Source: an uncultured Planctomycetia bacterium
GTDB lineage: Bacteria; Omnitrophota; Gorgyraeia; Duberdicusellales; 4484-171
Direction of reading: 5' to 3'
Assembly (NCBI GenBank): GCA_964629655.1
Contig: CAZVQU010000002.1
Coordinates: forward strand, 396,878-460,877
Length of the DNA stretch: 64,000 bases
In this document: one piece after another, positions 51,249 to 61,492 of the stretch
How positions within the stretch are numbered: position 1 is the stretch's first letter
How the letters are laid out: each line of letters starts with the position of its first letter
Notes under the pieces: model-generated
What the model was told of the DNA's origin: nothing
Seen by the model: only the letters and a program-made list of their open reading frames with translations
Databases searched by the model: none
Position numbers and translations under genes: made by a program

Positions 51249-52511
51249 TTATACCACTTCAGTTGGGTTAGTAATCCTGCCGGTAATCGAACTTGCTGCT
51301 GCTACTGCCGGCGATGAGAGATAAACAAAACTCTTGGGATGCCCCATCCTACCAATAAAATTCCTGTTAGTAGTAGCCAAGGCGACTTCACCTTGATCTA
51401 GGATTCCAGTATGCCCGCCCAGACAAGGCCCACAAGTAGGCGATGAAACTATAAACCCAGCCTTATGAAAAATCTCTAAATACTTTCTTCTTTCAGCCTC
51501 CTGATAAATCTTAGGGGTAGCCGGAATAACAATTGCTCTCAAACCCTTTTTCACTCTCTTACCTTTTAATATCTTAGCCGAAACTTCTAAATCACTTATT
51601 CTGCCATTGGTGCAGGAACCAATTACGATTTGATCTATCTTAACCTTCCTACACTTATCTACACTGCTTACATTACTGGGAAGATGCGGGCAAGCAACCT
51701 GAGGCTTTAACTTACTGATATCAATATCAATAATCTTGCTATACCTAGCATCAGGATCGCTTTTTTCAATCTTTATATTCCTCAGCTTAGGATTAGCTTT
51801 TCTTGCGTAATCAAAGGTCTTTTTATCCGGCTCAATAACTCCGCCCTTGCCCCCGGCCTCAATGGCCATATTGCACATTGCAAACCGGTCGTCAATCTTT
51901 AAATTTCTAATTGCCGGTCCGGAAAACTCCATGACCTTATATAAAGCTCCATCTACCCCGATCTTACCAATAGTATGCAGCATAAGGTCTTTACCGCCTA
52001 CCCAGGCTGGAAATTTCCCATGGTAAATAAATTTTATGGTCTCAGGAACCTTAAACCAACACTTACCGGTAGCAATAGCTGCAGCTAAATCAGTTGAGCC
52101 AACACCAAAGCTTGCTGCTCCCAAAGCACCGTAAGTGCAAGTATGAGAATCTGCTCCAATTACTAAATCCATCGGCTTCACTAAACCAGTCTCAGGTAAA
52201 AAAGCATGTTCTACCCCACACTTATCAATATCATAGAAGTGCTTTATCTTAAAAGTTTGAGCAAATTTTCTTAAACCCTTTACGTTATTGGCAGCTTTTA
52301 AGTCTCGGGCTGGAGTAAAGTGGTCACAGATAAGCCCAATCTTTGATCTGTCAAATACCTTTTTAAAACCAGCCCGCCTAAACTCCTTAACTGCCAAGGG
52401 CGCAGTTATATCATTGCCGAAGCAGAAATCTACCTTAGCATAGATAAAGTCTTCCAGCTTACCGGATAAAGAGTGCTTAAGAAGAATTTTTTCAATTAAA
52501 GTTAAACCCAT
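51249..52511 (-). CDS. leuC: 3-isopropylmalate dehydratase large subunit
   Basis: DH, GADSHTCT, IGSCTNGR, CGPCLGGH and NRNF aconitase-family motifs; adjacent to leuD and leuB. Confidence 0.93.
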   Translation of the reverse strand: MGLTLIEKILLKHSLSGKLEDFIYAKVDFCFGNDITAPLAVKEFRRAGFKKVFDRSKIGLICDHFTPARDLKAANNVKGLRKFAQTFKIKHFYDIDKCGVEHAFLPETGLVKPMDLVIGADSHTCTYGALGAASFGVGSTDLAAAIATGKCWFKVPETIKFIYHGKFPAWVGGKDLMLHTIGKIGVDGALYKVMEFSGPAIRNLKIDDRFAMCNMAIEAGGKGGVIEPDKKTFDYARKANPKLRNIKIEKSDPDARYSKIIDIDISKLKPQVACPHLPSNVSSVDKCRKVKIDQIVIGSCTNGRISDLEVSAKILKGKRVKKGLRAIVIPATPKIYQEAERRKYLEIFHKAGFIVSSPTCGPCLGGHTGILDQGEVALATTNRNFIGRMGHPKSFVYLSSPAVAAASSITGRITNPTEVV

Positions 52512-52543
52512 ATTTAAATAGTTGCAATTGGAAAATTTATAAC

Positions 52544-53779
52544 TTACTTGAGTTTTTTTACCAAGAGAGTGGCGTTATGACCTCCGAACCCTAAAGAATT
52601 AGACATGACGACTTTTACATCTTCGGCCTTAGCTTCGTTAGGTGTATAATTCAAATCACATTCAGGATCAGGATTTTCATAATTTATTGTAGGAGGAATA
52701 ATCTTATTTTTAAGAGCTAAACAACAAGCAATAAATTCAATGGCACCGGCAGCACCTAAGGTATGGCCAGTCATTGATTTTGTAGAACTGATTAAGACTT
52801 CTTTAGCATAAGAACCAAAGGTGCTCTTTACAGCTTTGGTTTCCATGACATCATTTAACTTTGTACTGGTTCCATGAGCATTGAGATAAATTTTCTGATC
52901 CTTTGATACACCAGCCTCATCCAAGGCAAGGGACATTGCTTTTGAAGCTGCGCCACCTTCAGGATCAGGCGCTGTTATATGAAAAGCATCACAAGTTGCT
53001 CCGTATCCGGATAATTCTCCATAGATAAAAGCACCTCTGGCCTTAGCATGCTCTAATTCCTCAAGAACAACAACTCCTGCTCCCTCAGCCATAACAAACC
53101 CATTTCTCTCTAGGTCAAAAGGCCGACTTGCTCTTTGCGGCTCATCATTGCGCTTGGAGAGTGCTTTTAAGGCACAAAAACCGCCTACCCCTAAAGAGCA
53201 TACACAAGCCTCTGTTCCTCCACAGACCATAAGAGTAGCTTTGCCTCCCTTTATTGCCCGATAGCCCTCACCAATAGCATGAGCCCCAGAAGCACAAGCA
53301 GTAACCGTGCAGAAATTAACACCCTTGAGTTTAAACCGTATAGCTATATGCCCGGCAGCTTCATTGGTAATTAACATCGGAATCATAAACGGAGAAAGCC
53401 TTTTTGGCCCTTTCTCAAGAAGAGTTTTATGCTCTCTCTCGATTGTCTCCAAGCTTCCCACACCTGACCCGATAATTACGCCTATTTGATAGGGGTCAAC
53501 TCCCTCTAAATTTAGGCCACAGTCTTCCATAGCTTCTTCTGCAGCTTTAAGAGCAAATTGGACAAAACGCGGGGTTTTTCTCTCGTCTTTGGAAGAAAAA
53601 TTAGAGGGAAGTATGAAATCTTTTACCTCTCCGGCAATTCTAGAATCAAACTCTGTTGCATCGAACTGAGTAATGTCTCCTACACCGCTTTTACCATTAG
53701 TCAAGGAATCCCAAAAAGAATCCTTTCGGTTCCCAACGGGAGAAATAACACCACACCCGGTTACAACTACTCGTTTCAT
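52544..53779 (-). CDS. fabF: Beta-ketoacyl-ACP synthase II
   Basis: TACASG, NAHGTST, SMTGHTLGAAG, SNSLGFGGHN. Confidence 0.97.
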   Translation of the reverse strand: MKRVVVTGCGVISPVGNRKDSFWDSLTNGKSGVGDITQFDATEFDSRIAGEVKDFILPSNFSSKDERKTPRFVQFALKAAEEAMEDCGLNLEGVDPYQIGVIIGSGVGSLETIEREHKTLLEKGPKRLSPFMIPMLITNEAAGHIAIRFKLKGVNFCTVTACASGAHAIGEGYRAIKGGKATLMVCGGTEACVCSLGVGGFCALKALSKRNDEPQRASRPFDLERNGFVMAEGAGVVVLEELEHAKARGAFIYGELSGYGATCDAFHITAPDPEGGAASKAMSLALDEAGVSKDQKIYLNAHGTSTKLNDVMETKAVKSTFGSYAKEVLISSTKSMTGHTLGAAGAIEFIACCLALKNKIIPPTINYENPDPECDLNYTPNEAKAEDVKVVMSNSLGFGGHNATLLVKKLK

Positions 53780-53791
53780 CTTTTCAAAAAA

Positions 53792-54037
53792 CTAGGCTTC
53801 TTTCTTATTAATCTTTTCGTCGATATACTTAACCGCATCACCAACAGTAGTAATCTTTTCAGCATCTTCATCAGGAATCTCTATTCCGAATTCCTCTTCT
53901 AAAGCCATAACCACTTCTACTGTATCTAGAGAATCTGCTCCTAGATCATCAATAAAGGAACTCTCTGGCTTAATTTCTTCTTTTTTTACTCCTAGCTGTT
54001 CGGAAATAATGCCCTTTACCTTTTCGTCAACACTCAT
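53792..54037 (-). CDS. acpP: Acyl carrier protein
   Basis: [11 protein letters not shown] phosphopantetheine site. Confidence 0.98.
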   Translation of the reverse strand: MSVDEKVKGIISEQLGVKKEEIKPESSFIDDLGADSLDTVEVVMALEEEFGIEIPDEDAEKITTVGDAVKYIDEKINKKEA

Positions 54038-54061
54038 CTTTAAACCTCCTTTTGAATTTGC

Positions 54062-54796
54062 TTAAATCATTCCGCCATCAACTACCAAGACTTGACCAGT
54101 TATATAGTCAGTCTCCTCTGAGGCTAAAAACAATACTGCCCTAGCTACATCATCTGGTGTACCAAATCTATTTAAAGGTATTCTCTTTAACATCTCCTCT
54201 TTGACCTTATCCGATAAAACATCGGTCATCTTGGTCTGGATATAGCCCGGGGCAACAGCATTAACGCAAATATTCCTTGAACCCAGCTCCTTAGCAAAAG
54301 TCTTGGTTAACCCGATTAGACCAGCCTTGGATGCTGAATAATTTGCCTGCCCAGGATTACCAATTATCCCGATAATTGAAGAGATATTAATTATCTTGCC
54401 CTGGCGCTGTCTTACCATATATTTTGCGCAGAGCTTGGAGCACAAAAATGCCCCCTTTAAATTCACTGTAATTACCTTATCCCAATCACTTTCAGAGAGC
54501 CTCAGGGCCAAATTATCCCTGGTTATGCCTGCATTGTTAATTAATATATCAATCTTTGAGGAGTTGTCAATAATTTTGTTTAAGGCTTCCTCAACTCCTT
54601 TGCTATCAGCGACATTGACAACATAATATAAGCACTCACTATGGCTGGAAAGCTCCTTTTGGGCTTGTTTTAGGGTTTCCTCAACCAGGTCTAAAATCAC
54701 TACCTTAGCCTTAAGCTTAGCAAAATTTAGGGCAATCTGCCGGCCTATGCCCTGGGCAGCTCCGGTAACTACAACAACTTTGCCTTCAAAATTCAT
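54062..54796 (-). CDS. fabG: 3-oxoacyl-ACP reductase
   Basis: TGAAQGIG, NNAGITRD, YSASK; fab cluster context. Confidence 0.97.
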   Translation of the reverse strand: MNFEGKVVVVTGAAQGIGRQIALNFAKLKAKVVILDLVEETLKQAQKELSSHSECLYYVVNVADSKGVEEALNKIIDNSSKIDILINNAGITRDNLALRLSESDWDKVITVNLKGAFLCSKLCAKYMVRQRQGKIINISSIIGIIGNPGQANYSASKAGLIGLTKTFAKELGSRNICVNAVAPGYIQTKMTDVLSDKVKEEMLKRIPLNRFGTPDDVARAVLFLASEETDYITGQVLVVDGGMI

Positions 54797-54814
54797 ATAT
54801 CCTCCTTAAAAGTT

Positions 54815-55720
54815 CTAGCCCAGGGACAAACTCTCTAAATCCTGGCTTTCTCCGAGGTTAACAACCTTAACCTGGCGGTCTATCTTTCTGATTAGACCAC
54901 GTAAGACCTTTGACGGACCAATCTCGAAAAATAGATCTACTCCGGCTTTTACCATAAAGCCTACGCAATCATTCCATAAAACCGGTGATGTTAATTGTTC
55001 TAAGAGATTTTTCTTAATTTCTTCGGCATTAGTATGGCCTTTAGCTGTAAAATTACTAACAATAGGAACTTCAGCGTCAGAAAACTTCATCTGGGAGATA
55101 ACGCTTGCTAAATGCTCCTTGGCCGAACTCATAAACGGTGAATGAAAACCGCCACTGACTACTAACTCGATAACTCTTGCTCCAGCAGCTTCTAAAACTT
55201 TTAATATCTCATCTTTCCTTGATTTTTCTAAAGAAATGACTATCTGCTGAGGTGAATTTATGTTAGCGATATAAAAATTTTCTTTTTTCGCTATATCCTC
55301 TGCTGTCTCTCTCTCAAGGCCGATAACTGCAAACATAGTAGAGGGGTTGGCTATGGCTGAGTTATGCATTGCCCCAGCTCGCTCGCGCACTAAGATTACT
55401 AAGTCTTCTAAGCTTAAAACTCCAGCGGCATATAAACAGCTATACTCACCTAAACTTAATCCTGATAAATAATCTACTTTTGACTCTTTTTGCTTAAAGA
55501 CCTCAAAAGCGGATAAACTAACTGCTAAAATAGCCAACTGCTGGGTTGATGTTTCTTTAAGTTCAGATTCTTGGCCATGGAAACACTTCTTAGATAAAGA
55601 AAACCCTAAAATCCTGTCTATCGAGGAAAAAATACTCTTAGCTTGAGAAAAATTCTCACAGAGACTCCTGCCCATTCCTACATATTGAGCGCCTTGACCA
55701 GGAAAGATTACTGCTTGCAT
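54815..55720 (-). CDS. fabD: Malonyl CoA-ACP transacylase
   Basis: FPGQGAQ, GLSLGEY, SGGFHS. Start ATG 55720, or GTG 55738 as in the ORF track. Confidence 0.96.
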   Translation of the reverse strand: MQAVIFPGQGAQYVGMGRSLCENFSQAKSIFSSIDRILGFSLSKKCFHGQESELKETSTQQLAILAVSLSAFEVFKQKESKVDYLSGLSLGEYSCLYAAGVLSLEDLVILVRERAGAMHNSAIANPSTMFAVIGLERETAEDIAKKENFYIANINSPQQIVISLEKSRKDEILKVLEAAGARVIELVVSGGFHSPFMSSAKEHLASVISQMKFSDAEVPIVSNFTAKGHTNAEEIKKNLLEQLTSPVLWNDCVGFMVKAGVDLFFEIGPSKVLRGLIRKIDRQVKVVNLGESQDLESLSLG

Positions 55721-55728
55721 CTTTTTGT

Positions 55729-56709
55729 TTAAACCCACCTAATTACGCAACTACCCCAGACTAGCCCCCCGCCAAAAGCATCCAAAACTACGATATCATT
55801 CTTGTTAATCTTTTTCTCTTCCCAGGCCTCGCATAAAGCTACGGCACTGGAAGCAGAAGACATGTTTCCGTAACGGGCAATATTTAAATAAATCTTATCT
55901 TGAGGAATATGAAGGCGTTGTGCTACCGCAGTTATTATTCTCTCATTAGCTTGGTGAGGGATAAACAGATCTACATCACTCTTGTTTAAATCAGCCTGGG
56001 CTAAAGCCTTATCTGCTGCGTGAACCATTATTCTAACAGCAAACCGAAAAAGCTCATTACCTTTCATCTTCATGTAATGAAGCCTTTTTTCTATAATTTC
56101 AGAAGAAATTGGATTACGCGAACCTCCTCCAGGCATATTTAAAATTTCGGCCTGAGAACCATCTGAGCCTAAGTAAGCGCTTAGAAAACCCTCACTTTCA
56201 CTTTCAGTTAGGACTGCAGCTCCGGCTCCGTCTCCGAATAAAACGCAAGTAGAACGATCTTCCCAATCAGTTATTGTAGAAAGAACTTCGCTTCCGACTA
56301 CCAAGGCATTCCTGTATAAACCACCCTTTATAAACTGCCAGGCGCTGGCTAAACCATATACAAAACCGGCACAAGCAGCAGAGACATCAAAACAAGCAGC
56401 TTTCTTAGCCTTTAAATGGTTTTGGAGATGACAAGCAGTAGAAGGAAATTGAGTGTCAGGAGTAATTGTAGCAACAATAATTAGATCCAAATCTTTAGGA
56501 TCTATCCCTGCACGCTCTAAAGCAATTTTTGAAGCTTGGTGAGCTAGGCCAGAAGCCCCTATCCCTTTTTCGGCAATTCTCCTCTCCTTTATACCAGTGC
56601 GAGTAGTAATCCACTGATCAGAGGTATCAACCATCTTCTCTAAATCGGAATTGAGCAGACGTTTAGGCGGCAAGTACTTGCCTAATCCCACTATCTTGGC
56701 AGACTTCAT
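55729..56709 (-). CDS. fabH: Beta-ketoacyl-ACP synthase III
   Basis: AACAGF, PHQAN, YGNMSSAS, FGGGLVWG. Confidence 0.97.
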   Translation of the reverse strand: MKSAKIVGLGKYLPPKRLLNSDLEKMVDTSDQWITTRTGIKERRIAEKGIGASGLAHQASKIALERAGIDPKDLDLIIVATITPDTQFPSTACHLQNHLKAKKAACFDVSAACAGFVYGLASAWQFIKGGLYRNALVVGSEVLSTITDWEDRSTCVLFGDGAGAAVLTESESEGFLSAYLGSDGSQAEILNMPGGGSRNPISSEIIEKRLHYMKMKGNELFRFAVRIMVHAADKALAQADLNKSDVDLFIPHQANERIITAVAQRLHIPQDKIYLNIARYGNMSSASSAVALCEAWEEKKINKNDIVVLDAFGGGLVWGSCVIRWV

Positions 56710-57694
56710 TAATTCTCCTATTAATCGTTGCAGTTAAATCTTGGGATAGCTCGCGAACAGCCGCTTTAATAGCATTCTTAACTGCTAAACTATTAGAACG
56801 GCCGTGGCCGATGATTACGATTCCATCTACCCCTAAAAGAGGCGCTCCTCCATGTTCAGCATAATCAATGGTGCTCTTAAATTCTTGGAGGCTCTTCTTG
56901 GCTAATAAAAGACTGATTTTACCTAGAATTCCTTTTTTCATAGCTTTAACGAGAAGTCTACCTACGGTCTCAACGCTTCCCTCAGCAACCTTTAGGGCAA
57001 TATTGCCCACAAAACCATCACAGACTATGCAATCGCACTTGCCAGAAAAGATTTCGCGGGCTTCCATATTCCCGGTAAAATTTAAAGGTGAAAGTGAGAG
57101 AAGTCTATGTACCTGCTTTAGGATACCTAATCCCTTTGAAGCTTCTTCGCCAATATTAAGTAATCCTACACTAGGATTTTCCTTATTTAGTACTAGATCA
57201 TAGTAGACTGACGCCATTATCCCATATTGCAAGAGATGAAGGGGCTTGCAATCAATATTAGCACCGACATCAATGATTAAAGATACACCTTTTTTTGTAG
57301 GAAGGGTTAAGGCAATACCCGGACGCTCCACTCCTTTGATTAAACCTAATCTTAAGGTAGAAGCACAGACTACTGCTCCGGTATTTCCGCAGGAGACAAA
57401 AGCATCTATTTTTTTATCTTTAAGAAGGCTAGTGCCGATTACAATTGATGAATTCTTCTTTTTACGTATCGAACTAACCGGCGGTTCAGCCATTCCAATC
57501 TTCTCCGGTGCATCGACAATCATAAAACCATCGGCGCAAGCTTTGTTGAGCGCTAGCTGTTCTCTGATCTCTTTCTCATCGCCGATTAAAACAATATCCT
57601 CAACTAGCTCTTTTTTAGCTAGCAAAGCTCCTTTGATGATTTCTCCCGGTGCAGAATCTCCGCCAGATATATCTATACCGATTTTATAACTCAT
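56663..57694 (-). CDS. plsX: Phosphate acyltransferase
   Basis: DISGGDSAP, SCGNTGA, DVGAN, CDGFVGNIALK, GGAPLLG, IGHGRS. Confidence 0.96.
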   Translation of the reverse strand: MSYKIGIDISGGDSAPGEIIKGALLAKKELVEDIVLIGDEKEIREQLALNKACADGFMIVDAPEKIGMAEPPVSSIRKKKNSSIVIGTSLLKDKKIDAFVSCGNTGAVVCASTLRLGLIKGVERPGIALTLPTKKGVSLIIDVGANIDCKPLHLLQYGIMASVYYDLVLNKENPSVGLLNIGEEASKGLGILKQVHRLLSLSPLNFTGNMEAREIFSGKCDCIVCDGFVGNIALKVAEGSVETVGRLLVKAMKKGILGKISLLLAKKSLQEFKSTIDYAEHGGAPLLGVDGIVIIGHGRSNSLAVKNAIKAAVRELSQDLTATINRRINEVCQDSGIRQVLAA

Positions 57695-57897
57695 CTACCT
57701 TTCTTTTTCTTCTTTTCTTTTTTCTCAACTTTAATAATTTCTCTATTAGCATAGTACCCACAAAAAGGACAGATCATGTGGGCTGGTTTAGGCTGCCGAC
57801 ATTGTTTGCAATCCACTAATGAAGGAGAAGATAATTTCTGGTGGGTTCTTCTTTTCCCTCTTCGAGAAGAAGAGTGCTTTCTTTTAGGATGTGCCAT
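57691..57897 (-). CDS. rpmF: 50S ribosomal protein L32
   Basis: MAHPKRKHS..RRGKRR plus CxxC...CxxCGYY zinc ribbon. Confidence 0.96.
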   Translation of the reverse strand: MAHPKRKHSSSRRGKRRTHQKLSSPSLVDCKQCRQPKPAHMICPFCGYYANREIIKVEKKEKKKKKGR

Positions 57898-57954
57898 TTA
57901 TTTACCTCCTTTAAGGCGATGTATCTTAAATCTCATTTTCTATATCTTTATCTA

Positions 57955-58362
57955 TTACTGACAATTACACTCTTGGTGATTTAGATCTAACCCACAGCGA
58001 GAGCATACCCCTTTGCAATCCCCGCTGCATAAAGCTTGCATCGGGAAATTAAGCAGTATATCCTCCCGGATATCTTCATTAATCTCAAGGCACTCTCCAA
58101 CTTCACTATCCTTGTAGGCTTTAGTAAAGCTCTGCTCTACGGCCTGACGGGTTTTTTGCAAGCAGCGTGCACAAACAACATCCCTATGGGTAGTTACCAA
58201 AGTCTCGGCTACTATCTCATCCCCAACTCTAAAGAATTTACATTTAAGGTGGATAGAATCTACAAAGGCAATATCAGAAGAGTCTAGCTCCCAGGAAGAA
58301 GCTGGTATCTCCTCCTCTATCTCGATTGCTTTATCTCTTATTTTTTCTACTTTTATCTTCAT
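57955..58362 (-). CDS. yceD: YceD/DUF177 family protein
   Basis: CARCL, LCSGDCKGVCSRCG; conserved position upstream of rpmF. Confidence 0.9.
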   Translation of the reverse strand: MKIKVEKIRDKAIEIEEEIPASSWELDSSDIAFVDSIHLKCKFFRVGDEIVAETLVTTHRDVVCARCLQKTRQAVEQSFTKAYKDSEVGECLEINEDIREDILLNFPMQALCSGDCKGVCSRCGLDLNHQECNCQ

Positions 58363-58834
58363 TTAACTTATTTTTTAAAGCCTTTACTACTACCGGAGGT
58401 AAAAACTTTTTCAAATCAGCTCCCAAGCAAGCCGCCTCTTTTATAAGACGCGAAGAAATAAAGGAGTACTCGGGATGCGGCATAAGAAAGATCGTCTCTA
58501 CTCCCGGAGCAAGGTTACGATTGGTCAAGGCCATCTGAAACTCGTACTCAAAGTCCGAGATCATCCTTAGCCCTCTTACTATGACCTTAGCCTTTCTCTT
58601 GTTAGCAAAATCTACTACTAGCCCGTTAAAACCCTCTACTTTAACGCCTTTTATCTTTTCTGTTGCTTCTTTAACTAGCTTAATCCTCTCACTAACAGAG
58701 AATAAAGCATCTTTCGAAGATACCTTTACTACCGAGATTAATACCTCGCCAAAGATAGAGACAGCTCTTTGAATAATATCAATATGCCCATTAGTAATTG
58801 GGTCAAATGTTCCAGGGTAAATAGCTCTATTCAT
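58331..58834 (-). CDS. coaD: Phosphopantetheine adenylyltransferase
   Basis: YPGTFDPITNGH, RGLRMISDFEYE, ISS. Confidence 0.97.
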   Translation of the reverse strand: MNRAIYPGTFDPITNGHIDIIQRAVSIFGEVLISVVKVSSKDALFSVSERIKLVKEATEKIKGVKVEGFNGLVVDFANKRKAKVIVRGLRMISDFEYEFQMALTNRNLAPGVETIFLMPHPEYSFISSRLIKEAACLGADLKKFLPPVVVKALKNKLNEDKSRKNKR

Positions 58835-59375
58835 CTCGCCTATATATCAAGAAAAGGGTCTGGCCGTATTTTTTCTCCACAATAAGAGAAAATCCTCTCC
58901 TAGCCTGAACAAAATCGTTCTTTGTATAGCAAAAAGTTACTATATAACCAGAAGGAGCTACTATATCATAGTCCTCTAGCAGTTGCAAGGTTTTTGTCAA
59001 TAAACCACTATGATAAGGCGGGTCTAAGAAAATAATATCAAAACTCTCCTTGTAGGTAAAAAAATCCTTAATCCCTGAGGCTACGTCCTTTAGGACTACC
59101 TTTTGCTGAGGGTTCAAGCCTAAAGAGGTAAGATTCTTCCTTATGGCATATACGCAACGCCGGTCTGAATCGAGAAATATAGCTTCTCCTGCCCCTTGAG
59201 ACAGGGCTTCTATGCCTAAAGAGCCTGAACCGCCAAAGAGATCCAGGACTCTCTTGCCTTGGATTTCTCCTCTTAAGATGTCGAAACAAGACTTCTTGAC
59301 CCTTAAAGCCACCGGCCGGATGCCCAAAGGAGCAGCTATGTTTCTTCCTTTAAATTTTCCGCCTAAAATCTTCAT
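58827..59375 (-). CDS. rsmD: 16S rRNA m2G966 methyltransferase
   Basis: VLDLFGGSGSLGIEALS, IFLDPPY; upstream of coaD. Confidence 0.94.
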   Translation of the reverse strand: MKILGGKFKGRNIAAPLGIRPVALRVKKSCFDILRGEIQGKRVLDLFGGSGSLGIEALSQGAGEAIFLDSDRRCVYAIRKNLTSLGLNPQQKVVLKDVASGIKDFFTYKESFDIIFLDPPYHSGLLTKTLQLLEDYDIVAPSGYIVTFCYTKNDFVQARRGFSLIVEKKYGQTLFLIYRRDE

Positions 59376-59401
59376 TTAATCTATTCCCTCCTAAAAATAG
59401 C

Positions 59402-61492
59402 TCATTTTTCATAAAATAAGCTAAAATCAATATGTCCTCTAAGACAACGGTGACGCGGCTGACTTAGTTGAGGATCTTTCTTTATCACCCTATAAGCCCA
59501 AAAACGGGCTTCTTTTAATACCTCTAAATCCTCTATGGGGTTAGCTACTTTTAAATCCGGTAAACCATGTTGTAAATTGCCAAAGAAATCTCCCGGGCCT
59601 CTCAATCTAAGATCTTCCTCGGCGATTTTGAATCCTGAAGGCTCCTTAGAAATTATCTCAAGACGTCGATGAGCCTCTGGGCTAAGTTTGTCTCTGCTAA
59701 TAAGAATAAAGTAAGGTTGATATTGGGAACGCTGTATTCTGCCACGAAGCTGATGCAGTTGAGCTAAGCCAAACCTTTCGGGATTCTCAACTAGCATAGT
59801 AGTAGCGTTTTCTATATTTAAACCTACCTCAACTACAGTAGTAGAAACTAAGATGTCTGCTTTCTTGTTCTTGAAAGCCTCTATCGTCCTTATTTTTTCT
59901 TCTGCCTTCATCCGGCCATGGAAAATCTTAGCTTTAAATTCAGGAAATTCTTCAACTATTTTCTTATACATTATCTTTAAAGACTTTAAATCTTCATCGC
60001 CGCTTTCTTCAATAACCGGATAAATAATATAAACCTGGCGGCCTTGGTTCAATATTTTTCTCAAAAATCCATAGACCTCCATCCTGCTTTTTTCTTTTAC
60101 CCAACGGGTCACGGCAACCTTCCGGCCTTTAGGCATCTGATTTATCACTGAAGAATCAAGATCACCATATAGGGAAAGCGCTAAGCTTCTTGGAATCGGA
60201 GTAGCGCTCATGACCAAGCAATGAGGGGCAATCTCTCCTTTCTTAGAAAGAAGTGCCCTTTGGGCAACTCCAAATCTATGTTGCTCATCGATTACAACTA
60301 AACCTAATTTCTTAAACTTCACTTTTTTCTGGATAAGAGAATGGGTACCAACGATTACCTTAATTGTTCCGTTTTTTAATCCCTTGTAGATATCCTCTAT
60401 TTCGCTCTTGCTAAGAGATGAAGAGATAACTTTAATTGCTTGGTTTGGGTCGATTTTGGCGAGAAATTTCAATCCCTTCAGGCTCTTAGCTAAAGTCTCT
60501 CTATGCTGAAAGGCTAAGACCTCAGTGGGGACCATGAGAGCAGCCTGAAAACCACAATCAGCACAAATGCCAATAACAAATGTAGCTATTGCGGTCTTGC
60601 CACAGCCGACATCCCCTTGCAAAATTCGATGCATCGGGAAAGGTTTTTCTAAGTCACCTAAAATTTGGGTTAAGGATTTTTCCTGAGACGCGGTTAATTT
60701 AAAACCTAAGTTTTTTCTTATTGTCTCTAATGTAGTCTTTGAAATCTTAAATTTAGCTCCTTGCTGAAAAACCCTCTTAGCTTTGCGAAGATAGACTAAG
60801 ATTTGAGAAAAGAATAGCTCTTCAAAGATAAACCGCTCCCGGACAGCCTGGGCTTGCTCCCAAGAAGCAGGAGAATGCATCTCTTCTAAACTCTTGGCTA
60901 TGTTAGGGATATTTTTCCTTCTTCTTAAATAATAAGGCAAGGGGTCAGAATATTTAGGCAGGTAATTTCTTAGGGCAGAAGAAACTGCTTTTCTCATAAA
61001 CTTCTGGGTAAACCCAGATGGCAATCTATAGATACCGATTATCTTTCCGATTCCTAAAGCTTCCTCATCTTCTTCAACTGCATATTCAGGGGCGATAATT
61101 TGACGGCCGCTGGAGCCAACTCTTAGTTTTCCATAGATAACCAAACCAACACCGGCTTTAATTGTTTCGGATAAATAAGCTTGGTTAAACCAAGTGCAAC
61201 GAATGCTTCCAGTCTCATCCTCGAGAATTGCCTCAAATACACTCCTTATGTTTTTAAGTTTTGGGCGCAAAAAATAAGGGAATTTCTTTAAATTGGTGGT
61301 ACGGACATTCCCCTTAATGCTTGAGAATTCATCAATTTTAAGGCCTTCTATTTTTTTAAAGTTTCTCCTGTCTTGATAACGAAAAGGAAAATAATAAAGG
61401 AGGTCTTTAATACTCCTTACCCCTAAATTATTAAAGAGAACTTCCCGGCGGGGGCCAATGCCCTTAAGGTAACGTAAAGGAGTCTGATTCAT
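59402..61492 (-). CDS. recG: ATP-dependent DNA helicase RecG
   Basis: QGDVGCGKT, DEQHRFGV, MSATPIPR, ERFGLAQLHQLRGR, DLRLRGPG. Confidence 0.97.
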   Translation of the reverse strand: MNQTPLRYLKGIGPRREVLFNNLGVRSIKDLLYYFPFRYQDRRNFKKIEGLKIDEFSSIKGNVRTTNLKKFPYFLRPKLKNIRSVFEAILEDETGSIRCTWFNQAYLSETIKAGVGLVIYGKLRVGSSGRQIIAPEYAVEEDEEALGIGKIIGIYRLPSGFTQKFMRKAVSSALRNYLPKYSDPLPYYLRRRKNIPNIAKSLEEMHSPASWEQAQAVRERFIFEELFFSQILVYLRKAKRVFQQGAKFKISKTTLETIRKNLGFKLTASQEKSLTQILGDLEKPFPMHRILQGDVGCGKTAIATFVIGICADCGFQAALMVPTEVLAFQHRETLAKSLKGLKFLAKIDPNQAIKVISSSLSKSEIEDIYKGLKNGTIKVIVGTHSLIQKKVKFKKLGLVVIDEQHRFGVAQRALLSKKGEIAPHCLVMSATPIPRSLALSLYGDLDSSVINQMPKGRKVAVTRWVKEKSRMEVYGFLRKILNQGRQVYIIYPVIEESGDEDLKSLKIMYKKIVEEFPEFKAKIFHGRMKAEEKIRTIEAFKNKKADILVSTTVVEVGLNIENATTMLVENPERFGLAQLHQLRGRIQRSQYQPYFILISRDKLSPEAHRRLEIISKEPSGFKIAEEDLRLRGPGDFFGNLQHGLPDLKVANPIEDLEVLKEARFWAYRVIKKDPQLSQPRHRCLRGHIDFSLFYEK

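Noticed and set aside
49701-52511. Short archaeal-like LeuC/LeuD and absence of leuA
   Set aside because: This LeuCD type is common in anaerobic bacteria, and leuA is often located elsewhere.
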